Shown: positions 1 to 8,943 of the stretch, one piece after another | Position numbering within the stretch: the first letter of the stretch is position 1 | How the letters are laid out: every line of letters begins with the position of its first letter | IMG/VR virus record: IMGVR_UViG_3300044846_003459 | Location: 1 to 37,752 of that record | Length of the DNA stretch: 37,752 bases | Reading direction: 5' to 3' (one strand) | DNA from: a virus | Lineage: Duplodnaviria; Caudoviricetes | The notes under the pieces: generated by a model | What the model was told of the DNA's origin: nothing | The model's input: the letters and a program-made list of their open reading frames with translations, nothing else | The model's database searches: none | Translations under genes and position numbers: made by a program

Positions 1-3000
1 GACAGCGCCTTGCCGCCCTGGGCCTTGACCTGCCTCGCCGCCAAGCGACCGAAGGAGAAGTCCTGGTGGACGAGGATCTTGCGGGCCTGCAATGCGCGGC
101 CCTCGATGGTGCCGATCCGCTCCGCCGTCAGGATCGCATCGCGCACCGCCGTCTCGGCGATCTGCACGGCTTCGAGGTTCTTGGCGTTGGGGCTGCGGTT
201 GTAGATGTCCAGCGCCTTGTCGAGTGCGTTCTCGCGAACCAGCAGCTCGTGGGTGAACAGCGACGTTTCCACCGGGTCGATGGACCTCGGGCTTTTCGTG
301 AGCTGGTCCACCAGCACGGCACCGGCGTTCGGATCGCTGTCGAGGATCTCCATCGCGGCGTCCCACGCCTGCTCGTTGCCGAGGCGAGCCTGATCGGCCC
401 GCGGCGGCATCCCCCGGCGAGCACGCATCTGGTCGGTCATCACGTTGGCCGTGCCGACCGCACCTTCCGGGATCTCCGCAGCCGGTGCCGGTGCCGCAGG
501 TGCCGCGGGCGGCGGGGTCGCGGTTGCTGCCGGTGCGGGTGCGGGTGCAGGCGCAGGTGCAGGCGCAGGTGCAGGTGCGGGCGAGTAGACCAACAAGTCC
601 CCTTGGCGGACATACCCTTCCGGGATACTTGAGTACTGCTGGTATTCAAAAGCCTCGAATGACACAGGCTGATTGTTCTCAAGAGCGGTATTCACCGCAG
701 CGCCCAACCCATTGTAGAGTTCCGACAGTTTTCGGATTTTTTCCAGTTTAGCCGGGGTTTCTTTCCACCGGGCATCAAAGAAATCCGACTCGTCGGCATC
801 CAAGTTTTGAAACTGCGCAGGCTGTGCCGAACTGTAGCGAACCCACTCGGCTCCTTGTTTTCGATACCCACTTGCTTTGACCCAAGAATTTGACGGGACA
901 TCGTCGATCCAGTCGTTCGGGATGTTGCTGCCTCGGGCTGCCAAATCCCACAAATACACCATACGGCGGAATCTCCACCGGGCAAACCGCTCGGCCTTCT
1001 CCGCCTTCGACCCTTCACCGGCAATCCGGTTAGGTTTTGGATTTTCTGCGAGCCAATCCTTCTGAGTTTTTGCCTCGGTGCGCCGTTGATACTCGGCTTG
1101 CGTGGCTTCTTCCGGGGTCATCTGAGCCGGAACACTTGGGTCTCTTTCGAGAGGTGCCGCAGGTGCAGGTGCAGGTGCAGGTGCAGGTGCAGGTGCAGGT
1201 GCAGGTGCAGGCTCGGCCGCCGGTGCCGCAGCCTCCGCCTCGTTGTAGAACTCGGGGTTCTCCTGCGCGATGCGGAACGCCTCGACTTCGGCAGGGTCGA
1301 TGCCAGCCAGCGATCCAGGGGTCGCCGTGACGCTCTCGGCGAAGAAGTCCTCGGTGACCTTGGTGCTGTTGAGCGGGCCGCGGCCTTTCAGCACGAACTG
1401 GGATGTCTGGGTATCGCCTTCAGCAACCTCGGCTTCAGTCGCGGTGTATTCGACGCCGCCGATCGTGAAGCGGTCGCCAGGGCGGACTTCCGCCAGATCG
1501 ACGACCTGGGTGTCTTCGGAAGCGGCAAGCTCCAGTTGCTTCTCGGCGAACGCGAGAGCGGCATCTTCTTCCTGCTGGAGCTGCTTCTCCATCCGGGTGT
1601 CGTAGTCCTCCTGCGAGACGACTTTTCCCTCCGAGAGATCCTTGATGGCTTGAACTACGTCGTCAGCCGAATACTGCCCGGTATCAATCATCGACCCTTC
1701 GTTCTGACCAACCGTCTTCCGGTTGAGCGAAGCAACGACATCCTCGATGGTCCGCGCATTCGGGTCGCGAGTGAAGATGCGGGATTGAACAGTCCCCGAG
1801 AGATTGCTTTGAACCAGCCCCTCGTAGTCTTTCGGCATGGGTTCTTTCGCGTCTCTGAAAGACGAGATGCTTCGGATCGGTGATTCGAGGAGCTTCTTAC
1901 CAATCTCAGTTTGCCGGAACTTCTCGATGACGGGGATCTCCTCGGCGGCCTTCTGACCTTTGTAGTAGAGCGCCTCCAGCACATCCTTAACATCCTGCGG
2001 CTGCGCGTCGAACAGCGCCCGCTCGCGGTCGGTCCTTTCCTGACCCCCCACGCGGCGTTTTCCCAGCCGCAGCATGACCTTGATGGAGTCTTTGTCCATC
2101 GGCCCAGTGTAGCCGCGCTGCTTCATCCATTTGGTCATCGCTGTGGTGACCGCCGGTGTCTCCAGTTTGGTGATTTCCTTGATGCGCTGCTCGTGCTTGT
2201 CCAACACCTTTGCGGCAGCCCGCTCGCGGTTGCGCTTGAGCCGCTCGTTGTTCCGGTCGATGCGGTCCTGATTGACCTTGGCTCGCGATTTCTCGATGTC
2301 CGCTCGCATCCCGAGCAGACGGCCCGCTGCTCGCCCGACCCGGTTGGCCTTGTCCTTCAGCTCGGCGACCAGAGCTTTGAACCGAGGCGACTCGGTGTTG
2401 ACCGGCTGAGTCTCGGGATCGCGCTCGCGCAGCGTCTCGAACACCTCGGCCATTCGAGGCTCCGGCTCGCGGAAGGTCTCCGCCGGGGGCTCCGCTACTT
2501 CTTGCGCACCTTGACCTTGCCGCTGTGCAGCTCCTTCTTCAGCTTGGACTGCTGGGCCTGCGACAGCGGGCTGCCCTTCGACAGGAGGTAGCCCACCTGC
2601 TTCTTCGACTTGGTTTTGTTCTTCATTGGTTGTCGTGGTTGAGATCGGCGGAGCGTAGATCAGAGTGTCCCCTGTGACCTGACCGGTCTGAGCATCGCGT
2701 AAGTGAGATGCCGGGACTTCGATGATTTCGTGGGGTCGGCTCCGCCAGTCCGCTCCTGCGTAGTCGTCAAGATACTCAGGATTGGCGGTGACCCAGGTTC
2801 CCGCCCGAATGGTCGGGTCCGCGCCACTTGGGGCGGCCCGGTAGACCGTCACCATTTCGTCGCCGCCAAAAGGTTTCGATCCGACCCAGTCGTCATAAGT
2901 GGCTTGCTCCGACTCGTCTTTCGGGACTCGGCTAACCGGTGTCGTGGTTGGAGAAACGCCCACGGCTGGTTCGCTCGCCGTAGCGGTCGCGCCCGTGGGA

Positions 3001-5291
3001 CTGTCGGAAACTTGGGGGGCCGCCAGCTCCGGGGCGCGGTTCCTAAGATCGGCCTGCCGCTCCTCGGGGGAGAACGCAGGGTTCGGCGGCAGGAGACCCT
3101 GGCGAGTCATCTCGCGGTCTACTTCGGCATCGCTTCGCACCAGCACGGGCTGGGCGGCTCCGGCAGGTTGCAATCCGGGCACACCGGCGGGGGCTCCAGT
3201 TGGTCCTTGAGCAGGAGCCACAGGCTGCGAGCCTCCCGGCGCGACAGGTGCAGGTGCTCCTGCAACAGGTGCTCCGCCGTCTTGCGGGGCGTTGGGCGGG
3301 GCTTGCCCGGTGGCTGGAAGATTTGCCGCGCCTGGCTGAGCTGCTTGGCGTCGTAGCCGCGATTCGGCTGCTTGGGTTCTGAGACGGTCACCGACAGCGG
3401 TGCTGACTCCGCCTTCGCGGCGGACGGCTTCGGCAAGGTTGAGGGTTGCTCGCAGTTTGATTTCATCGGTGGATTGTTCGTATGTCGGACTTTCGTCCAA
3501 AGTCGCCCGGACGTTGCGGATGTCCTGGATCGCCCCAAGCCCCACCACGGGACCTGACACAGCCAGCGTCACCTTTGCGGTGTCGATCATCTGCTTCTTG
3601 AAGTCGTCCACCGTCATCGTCGGATCGATCTTCGCCTGCACGCTCACGGCATCGAGCGCGGCGATCATGCCTTCCTCGAACTGCTCCGCGGTGACGCCTT
3701 TTGCGAGAGTCCCGCCGAATGCTTTCCAAGCTCCGGCCGAGCTGTCACGGATCGCTTGCCTCGCGGCAGCCCCGGTGAACTTGCTCGCCACGTCTTCGAG
3801 ACCACCTGCGCCCGCTCCGCTGAAGATCATGGTGACCCCGGCTTCGATCAGACCGCTGCGAAGCGCGAGATCGAAAGCGCGATCCTCGGACATGCCGGAG
3901 TCGATTGCGCTCTCGTAGGTGGACGCCGCGGTCTTGGCTCCCGCGAATCCGGCCACCGGCGACACCGCGATCGCCCCGTTGGCGAAGGTCGCCAGACGGG
4001 CTCCGGTCTTGCCCATCGATGCAATCCGAGCGACCGAGAACGGAGTCCCGGCACCAGCGGTGAGCATCCCGATCCCAACCGCCTCCGCGACGCTGTAGGC
4101 ACCACTTCCGTAGGCTGCCGCGTCGGTGCCAAAGATCTCTGTCTTCGACTTATTGAACTGCGAAGAGAGCTGGTTCACCAGCTCGATCTTTTTGCGCAGC
4201 GACCGAGACTCAGTTTTTCGCTGCTCCTGCGCTTCCGGCGAGATCATGCCAGTGGCGGGCCTGAAAATACCTGACTGGTCTTGAGGAATGTCTGGCGAGA
4301 TTGCGTCGATGAACTCCCCGGTGGCCGCAGCCGCAGCCGCGAGACCGCCACCGAACTGCTCGGTTCGGGAGTCGTTGAGGGTCTTGACAACCTTCTGGAA
4401 GTTGGCGGCTTCCTCCTGCGGGGTTTTGCCCGGTTCGGCAACCCCGAGTTCGGCGGCCAACGCTGGAGAACCTTCTCGGACCCGCTTGAGCGTGGACGCT
4501 TGGAACGCCTCGATCTTCTTCGGGAGATCCTTCACTAGGCCCTGCTTGACCGGCCACGGGAGATTGGACTGGTTGATGGCGGCCGTGGCGGCTTCCGGCC
4601 CCGCGGCGATGACCTCGTCTTTGATATAGGGAGTCCCGAACGCATCGCGGCTCACCGGCTCGGGTTGCAGGTTGAGTTGGTGCCGAATCACGTCGTCCAC
4701 CTCCCCAGGCTCCAGATTGAAGTCCGTAGCCAGTTTGGTTCTCATCGACTCGTATGCCTTCTTGCTGGTGAACTGGACACCCGGCTCACTCGAAAGACCG
4801 ATACCGAAATCCTCCACCACGGCGTCGAGGCGGGCAGGTCCGAAAACTCCGCCGCGAGCCGCCGTCTCCTTCATCGCATCCCAGACGGGTGCCATCTCCT
4901 CGGAGGTCTTAGGTTCAAACAAGCTGCGGGTCTTGTTCAACCGATCGAGCTGGTCTTTGCGCTCGGCCTGCCGGGACGCATACACGCTCGCCGCGGTGGC
5001 TTGGTCGATCTTGCCGAGCCTCTGCCCCTCGCGCAACGCGAGCATGAACTTGGCGTCTTCCGCACGGCTGCCGAGGAGCCGACGTTCCACCGGAGCCGCG
5101 CTGTCGATCTTGGACTTCGTGTCGAGGTAATCCAACGCGATCTCGCGCTGCGCGACCGCATACTCCTTGTCGTCCGGGTTCTCCGTCTCGTAATCGGACC
5201 AGTATCGATCGGTGATCTCCCGCTGCTTGGCGGGTTCGAGGGCCTTGAACTCGTCGCGACGGGCGACATCCGTGAAAGCTGGCAGCGGCAT
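1..5291 (-). CDS. Giant internal virion/ejection (large polyvalent-like) protein, >1763 aa, 3'-truncated by window edge
   Basis: Manual translation from ATG at 5291 (MPLPAFTDVARRDEFKALEPAKQ...) stays open to position 1. It is missing from the ORF track because no stop lies in the window. It has Ala/Gly-rich hydrophobic stretches, (PA)n linkers and an ART-like segment, and follows the other internal virion genes. Confidence 0.85.
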   Translation of the reverse strand, partial: MPLPAFTDVARRDEFKALEPAKQREITDRYWSDYETENPDDKEYAVAQREIALDYLDTKSKIDSAAPVERRLLGSRAEDAKFMLALREGQRLGKIDQATAASVYASRQAERKDQLDRLNKTRSLFEPKTSEEMAPVWDAMKETAARGGVFGPARLDAVVEDFGIGLSSEPGVQFTSKKAYESMRTKLATDFNLEPGEVDDVIRHQLNLQPEPVSRDAFGTPYIKDEVIAAGPEAATAAINQSNLPWPVKQGLVKDLPKKIEAFQASTLKRVREGSPALAAELGVAEPGKTPQEEAANFQKVVKTLNDSRTEQFGGGLAAAAAATGEFIDAISPDIPQDQSGIFRPATGMISPEAQEQRKTESRSLRKKIELVNQLSSQFNKSKTEIFGTDAAAYGSGAYSVAEAVGIGMLTAGAGTPFSVARIASMGKTGARLATFANGAIAVSPVAGFAGAKTAASTYESAIDSGMSEDRAFDLALRSGLIEAGVTMIFSGAGAGGLEDVASKFTGAAARQAIRDSSAGAWKAFGGTLAKGVTAEQFEEGMIAALDAVSVQAKIDPTMTVDDFKKQMIDTAKVTLAVSGPVVGLGAIQDIRNVRATLDESPTYEQSTDEIKLRATLNLAEAVRREGGVSTAVGDRLRTQAAESRLRRQAAQPGAANLPATGQAPPNAPQDGGAPVAGAPAPVAPGGSQPVAPAQGPTGAPAGVPGLQPAGAAQPVLVRSDAEVDREMTRQGLLPPNPAFSPEERQADLRNRAPELAAPQVSDSPTGATATASEPAVGVSPTTTPVSRVPKDESEQATYDDWVGSKPFGGDEMVTVYRAAPSGADPTIRAGTWVTANPEYLDDYAGADWRSRPHEIIEVPASHLRDAQTGQVTGDTLIYAPPISTTTTNEEQNQVEEAGGLPPVEGQPAVAGPAVQAEEGAAQRQGQGAQEVAEPPAETFREPEPRMAEVFETLRERDPETQPVNTESPRFKALVAELKDKANRVGRAAGRLLGMRADIEKSRAKVNQDRIDRNNERLKRNRERAAAKVLDKHEQRIKEITKLETPAVTTAMTKWMKQRGYTGPMDKDSIKVMLRLGKRRVGGQERTDRERALFDAQPQDVKDVLEALYYKGQKAAEEIPVIEKFRQTEIGKKLLESPIRSISSFRDAKEPMPKDYEGLVQSNLSGTVQSRIFTRDPNARTIEDVVASLNRKTVGQNEGSMIDTGQYSADDVVQAIKDLSEGKVVSQEDYDTRMEKQLQQEEDAALAFAEKQLELAASEDTQVVDLAEVRPGDRFTIGGVEYTATEAEVAEGDTQTSQFVLKGRGPLNSTKVTEDFFAESVTATPGSLAGIDPAEVEAFRIAQENPEFYNEAEAAAPAAEPAPAPAPAPAPAPAPAPAAPLERDPSVPAQMTPEEATQAEYQRRTEAKTQKDWLAENPKPNRIAGEGSKAEKAERFARWRFRRMVYLWDLAARGSNIPNDWIDDVPSNSWVKASGYRKQGAEWVRYSSAQPAQFQNLDADESDFFDARWKETPAKLEKIRKLSELYNGLGAAVNTALENNQPVSFEAFEYQQYSSIPEGYVRQGDLLVYSPAPAPAPAPAPAPAPAPAATATPPPAAPAAPAPAAEIPEGAVGTANVMTDQMRARRGMPPRADQARLGNEQAWDAAMEILDSDPNAGAVLVDQLTKSPRSIDPVETSLFTHELLVRENALDKALDIYNRSPNAKNLEAVQIAETAVRDAILTAERIGTIEGRALQARKILVHQDFSFGRLAARQVKAQGGKAL
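483..582 (-). repeat. Imperfect hexamer repeats encoding Pro-Ala linker
   Basis: gcaggt/gcgggt/gccggt units on the + strand encode PAPAPA in the giant ORF. Confidence 0.8.
1159..1211 (-). repeat. (gcaggt)n tandem repeat encoding Pro-Ala linker
   Basis: About 8-9 perfect hexamer copies, in frame with the giant ORF. Confidence 0.9.
2495..2626 (-). CDS. Nested out-of-frame small basic protein, 43 aa (MKNKTKSKKQVGYLLSKGSPLSQAQQSKLKKELHSGKVKVRKK)
   Basis: ATG at 2626 follows the A/C-rich leader ACCACGACAACCA, and TAG is at 2495. Nearly all codons end in G/C in this +1 frame. The Lys-rich style matches the small proteins at 27.7-28.7 kb. Confidence 0.7.
   Translation of the reverse strand: MKNKTKSKKQVGYLLSKGSPLSQAQQSKLKKELHSGKVKVRKK
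3119..3466 (-). CDS. Possible second nested out-of-frame protein, 115 aa (MKSNCEQP...VCPDCNLPEPPSPCWCEAMPK)
   Basis: ATG at 3466 follows the leader ACGAACAATCCACCG. It uses the same +1 frame as the 2626 ORF, with G/C-ending codons in this frame while the main frame shows many A/T-ending codons. Confidence 0.45.
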   Translation of the reverse strand: MKSNCEQPSTLPKPSAAKAESAPLSVTVSEPKQPNRGYDAKQLSQARQIFQPPGKPRPTPRKTAEHLLQEHLHLSRREARSLWLLLKDQLEPPPVCPDCNLPEPPSPCWCEAMPK

Positions 5292-5298
5292 GAGTCGC

Positions 5299-5327
5299 AA
5301 CCTACAGACCCGTCAGCCGTTTGTCCA
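5299..5327 (-). promoter_or_regulatory. Possible sigma70-like promoter for the giant gene (TGGACA-N17-TAGGTT)
   Basis: Near-consensus hexamers with 17 nt spacing, ending 7 nt before the ATG. Confidence 0.3.
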
Positions 5328-5332
5328 GCCAG

Positions 5333-7024
5333 TCAATCCAAGCCTTTGAGAGCGTTGTTGATCCAATCAGCCCCGCTGGTATTTGATGTCGGCTCCGCTG
5401 CCGGACGAGCTTTTCCGGAACTCACGCTCTGCTTAAATTTTTCGGCGGCATCCGTCTGTTGCTTGGTGGCTTTGGCACTGGAGTCTCCAGAAAGCACGCG
5501 AGCTACGATGGTCTGCCGCAGCGCATCGTCGTCCTTGGCGTATTCGGTCCCCTCAAATGCTTTTCGTTGCTCAGGAGTGATGTCGAAACCAAATTTAACC
5601 CCCTGCTCGCTCATTTTGAGACGGTAGGCTTCGTTGAGAGCCACGGCACTTTTTTGCTCTTTTGAAAGCGAAGAGAATGGATTCAGGACAATTTTTCCAT
5701 CCTCCGCAGCCATACCCGCCACCTCTGGACGCTCTTTGAAGAATCGTAGCTCGCTTTCATACGGCTGCCGGATGTCGTATCCAAGGACTTTTCCTGTAGA
5801 TGCAGGTTCTCCTGCGGTCGGTTCCGCAGTCGAAGCCTCCGCACCTTCCCTGCCGGTTTTGCGAGCGTCACTCCACGCCTTTCGACGTTTATCTTTGACG
5901 CTCTGCGGGATGCTCGCAATTTCAGCTTGAATCTCTTCTGCCGTCTTGGGCACCCACTTGTCTTTCTCCCACTTGGCTGGGGCCACCATCTTAGCGACGT
6001 AGTCGTCTGCGTTTTTAGAGTCCAAAGCGGCCTGAAGCTCAACCGCAGGACGGTTGGCATCCCTTGCCTGCGCTTGCGCCAACGCCGCCTCCCGCGCTTC
6101 TTTGGGCATCGACGAAGGGACGTAGGAGCCCGCCGTGGGGAATGTTACGGGATCTGCGTTGACCATCAGCTGGAAGTTCTCCGTGGCCTCCTTGCGAGAT
6201 TGCTCCGCCGCCTCGGTAGTCTTCTTCTCCGCGGCTTCCTGCTGCCGTAGCATCCGGTCCTCATTGTAGATGTCCAGCCGCTCGCGAGACAAGATCTGGG
6301 CGGGCGTCATGCCCTCGGTGCCAATGCCCAACCGGCGAAGCTCGCCTCGAAGTCGAGCAGCTTCCCCGGTTGCGGCGGTGAACGCCGGAGCGTTGCCGAC
6401 CTGTTGGGCCGCTAGAGCCCGGATCTCGGCTTGCGCCAGGCGCTCTTCGATCGACCCCGCCGCAGTCGGGGCTGCGGGTTCTGGCGTGGTGCCGGTCATC
6501 GGCGGAGCGGCGGGCGTTCCCGCCACGGGGCCGTAGAGGAAATCGGCGGACATGCGGGACGGCGCGGCCCCGGTAGCCGACGGCTGGGCAAGGATGTCCC
6601 GGCTGAACTGCTCCTTTTGACGACGCTGATCCATCGCCAGATCGGCGGCTTCCCGGCGCAGGCCGAAATCCCGGTTGGACTCCTTGCGGTTGAACAGGTC
6701 CATCGCCATCTGGCGCTGCTCCTGCCGCGCCTGATCGGCGTTCACGTCGGCGAACTGCCGGTCGGACTCGAACACTCCACGGGCGAAGGTGCGGTCGGTG
6801 TTGGCCTGCTGCATGGCCACCTCGCCCCGGCGCTGCATCAAGTCCTCCATCCGCTTGCGCTCGCCGAGGAAGTCGCGCTCCTGGGCGAACTGATTATTGG
6901 CGGTGTCGCGGCCGACCTGAATCACGTTGTTCAGCGCGGACGCGAGCGCGTTTTGACCGCCCTGGAGGAACTGGGCGATGCCGCTGCCTTGAGCCTGGAA
7001 CAGTGAGATCGGGGTGAGGGCCAT
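5333..7024 (-). CDS. Internal virion (ejection) protein, 563 aa
   Basis: Gln/Ala/Arg-rich helical N-terminus, lower-GC C-terminal domain, position in the ejection-protein block. Confidence 0.7.
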   Translation of the reverse strand: MALTPISLFQAQGSGIAQFLQGGQNALASALNNVIQVGRDTANNQFAQERDFLGERKRMEDLMQRRGEVAMQQANTDRTFARGVFESDRQFADVNADQARQEQRQMAMDLFNRKESNRDFGLRREAADLAMDQRRQKEQFSRDILAQPSATGAAPSRMSADFLYGPVAGTPAAPPMTGTTPEPAAPTAAGSIEERLAQAEIRALAAQQVGNAPAFTAATGEAARLRGELRRLGIGTEGMTPAQILSRERLDIYNEDRMLRQQEAAEKKTTEAAEQSRKEATENFQLMVNADPVTFPTAGSYVPSSMPKEAREAALAQAQARDANRPAVELQAALDSKNADDYVAKMVAPAKWEKDKWVPKTAEEIQAEIASIPQSVKDKRRKAWSDARKTGREGAEASTAEPTAGEPASTGKVLGYDIRQPYESELRFFKERPEVAGMAAEDGKIVLNPFSSLSKEQKSAVALNEAYRLKMSEQGVKFGFDITPEQRKAFEGTEYAKDDDALRQTIVARVLSGDSSAKATKQQTDAAEKFKQSVSSGKARPAAEPTSNTSGADWINNALKGLD

Positions 7025-7026
7025 GA

Positions 7027-7881
7027 TTATTCTCCGGTGATGAGTCTGCGAGCTGCTGCGTCGGCCTTATTAAACCGATTTTGAAGCCCAGGGCGAAACT
7101 TTTTTCTCGACGCACGGCCACGTTCGACCTCTTCCCACTCGTAGTCCTGCCGAGCCGCGTTGAGGGCATCCAGCGGATCGGACATGTTGTTCAATTCGCC
7201 GATCAGCTCACCGTAGTCCTTCGAGTCGGACATGGTGGCTCGCTGCAAGACACGGCGGAGACCCCCTTCGCCCCGGTGGTGGACGATGTCGGAGACCTGA
7301 AACTGCACACCTTTGTTTTCAGTGAAGCGGACGAACGGTGCTGCGCGGCGGCGGTAGAAGTCCTTGGCCTCGGCCTCGGCTTGGTCAGTCTGCCCCGACT
7401 CCACCAGCGCCTTGAGACGGGCGGCTTCTTTCGGTTGGAACCGAGACGTGATTCCGGCCACCTCGAACGACCCGCCGCCGTCGCCGGATGGGGGCGAGTA
7501 GACCCGCAAACGACCCTTGGCATCCCGGCGAGCCTCGGACTGAAAGATGAAATCCTCCGGGCTGCTCGGCGCAGATCCCAGCGGGGCGTCGTAGATCCCC
7601 ATGTCCGGGTATTCGCCGGGGACGCTGGACTGCGCAGCCACCGGAGACGGAGCCACGGATTGCCGCGGCATCGAGAACAGGTCCGCCCCTCGCTCGGCAC
7701 CGAAGAGACTCTGCGGGGTGATGCTCGGCGCAGGCGCAAGCTCGGGTTCTTCTGGCTGCTCGCGGTCCATCGCTTGCGAGCGGGCGACCACCGAGCCGTT
7801 GAAAATCTCCGCGACCGGAACCCCGGAGAAATCCATGATTCGTCCGGGGTTCGGGGAAAAGATTTCGATGGGGCGGATCAC
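7027..7881 (-). CDS. Internal virion protein with lysozyme-like (GH108-like) muramidase domain
   Basis: FQSEARRD...DGGGSFEVAGI motif and SDIVHHRGEGG helix resemble the lysozyme fold (catalytic Glu, then D-x-GG-x-x-x-GI). The N-terminus is Pro-rich and disordered. Confidence 0.55.
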   Translation of the reverse strand: MIRPIEIFSPNPGRIMDFSGVPVAEIFNGSVVARSQAMDREQPEEPELAPAPSITPQSLFGAERGADLFSMPRQSVAPSPVAAQSSVPGEYPDMGIYDAPLGSAPSSPEDFIFQSEARRDAKGRLRVYSPPSGDGGGSFEVAGITSRFQPKEAARLKALVESGQTDQAEAEAKDFYRRRAAPFVRFTENKGVQFQVSDIVHHRGEGGLRRVLQRATMSDSKDYGELIGELNNMSDPLDALNAARQDYEWEEVERGRASRKKFRPGLQNRFNKADAAARRLITGE

Positions 7882-7886
7882 TTCGC

Positions 7887-8939
7887 TTAATTGATGTCAG
7901 GACGTTCCGAAGCCGACCGGCCGCCGGTGATGCCCGGTTGGCTGAAGCCGGTCTGCGGCTGCGGCGGACCGTAGAACCCGACTCCCGCCGCCGAGCCAAT
8001 CGGGTCCCCAATCGCCGACGCGACGGACTTCACCATCGGCTCCAAGATCGCCGCGTAGTTGGGGACGAAGGTGTTCACCAAGGTCGCCTTGTTCGCTTGG
8101 AACTGGAGGCGGGTGATGACCTTCTGGATCTTCGTCTGAAGCTCGGCCATCAGGTGCGGTGCCTTCTGCGCCTGCTGGTTGTAGAGGTTCTGGAGACTGT
8201 TCTGGATGAGCTGCGCCTGGGTGAGTGCGAGTGCGATGCGCTGGGCGGGCGTCTGCACCATGTCGCGGATGTCGCCGAGGCGGGACAGCGGCGAGACCGA
8301 CTGCGAGATGAACGAGTGGTGGCTGCGAAGCTCCTCGCGGCCCGCCGCCTGCGACCGCAGCTTGGACAGCCCGAGGTCCCGCGCCGTCGTGCGCCGGGTC
8401 GCCCCGATGCGTCCGGTGAGTGCCGCCAGCTCGGCGTTGTCGGTGAGGATCTCGACCACGTCGCCAACCGGCAGCTTGCCTCGCAGCAGGTCGCTGATCT
8501 GCACCGACGCGAGATCCATGCTGACAAGGAACCGGGGGTCGAACGTAATGGCACGGACGACCGAACTCTGCTCGTGATAGCGGCTCAGGGACGAAGCGTA
8601 GACATCCGCCCGAGGCATGGTCGCGATGTTGCACTCGATGGTCGCTCGCTGGATGCAGCAGGCGTCGATCGGGACATACTCGGCGGCCTGAGGCACGTCC
8701 GGGTAGGCGTCGTCAAAGAGAGGGATCAGGGCGTCGATGCCGTTGATGTATTGGCTGACCGCCGCGTCGAGAAAGGACCGCTGCTGACTGACGATGCTGT
8801 CGTAGTCGGACTTCTGCTTCTCCATGAGCAGGATGTTTGCAGCGGCCTGAATCCCCGGCACGAGGAGAGCCTGCGCCCAAGAGAACACGTTGGACCCGGC
8901 TTGAATCGTGGCGGCGGCGGCAGCATCGTAACTTCCCAT
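7887..8939 (-). CDS. Putative internal virion protein, 350 aa
   Basis: Ala/Gln-rich ORF with high GC3, located after the GNAT gene as in podovirus core-gene order. Confidence 0.55.
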   Translation of the reverse strand: MGSYDAAAAATIQAGSNVFSWAQALLVPGIQAAANILLMEKQKSDYDSIVSQQRSFLDAAVSQYINGIDALIPLFDDAYPDVPQAAEYVPIDACCIQRATIECNIATMPRADVYASSLSRYHEQSSVVRAITFDPRFLVSMDLASVQISDLLRGKLPVGDVVEILTDNAELAALTGRIGATRRTTARDLGLSKLRSQAAGREELRSHHSFISQSVSPLSRLGDIRDMVQTPAQRIALALTQAQLIQNSLQNLYNQQAQKAPHLMAELQTKIQKVITRLQFQANKATLVNTFVPNYAAILEPMVKSVASAIGDPIGSAAGVGFYGPPQPQTGFSQPGITGGRSASERPDIN

Positions 8940-8943
8940 GACT

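Noticed and set aside
1688-1993. Arg-rich +1-frame ORF inside the giant gene as a third nested gene
   Set aside because: It has no A/C-rich leader, and the R/S-rich composition is typical of off-frame translation. The main frame looks like a normal globular sequence here.
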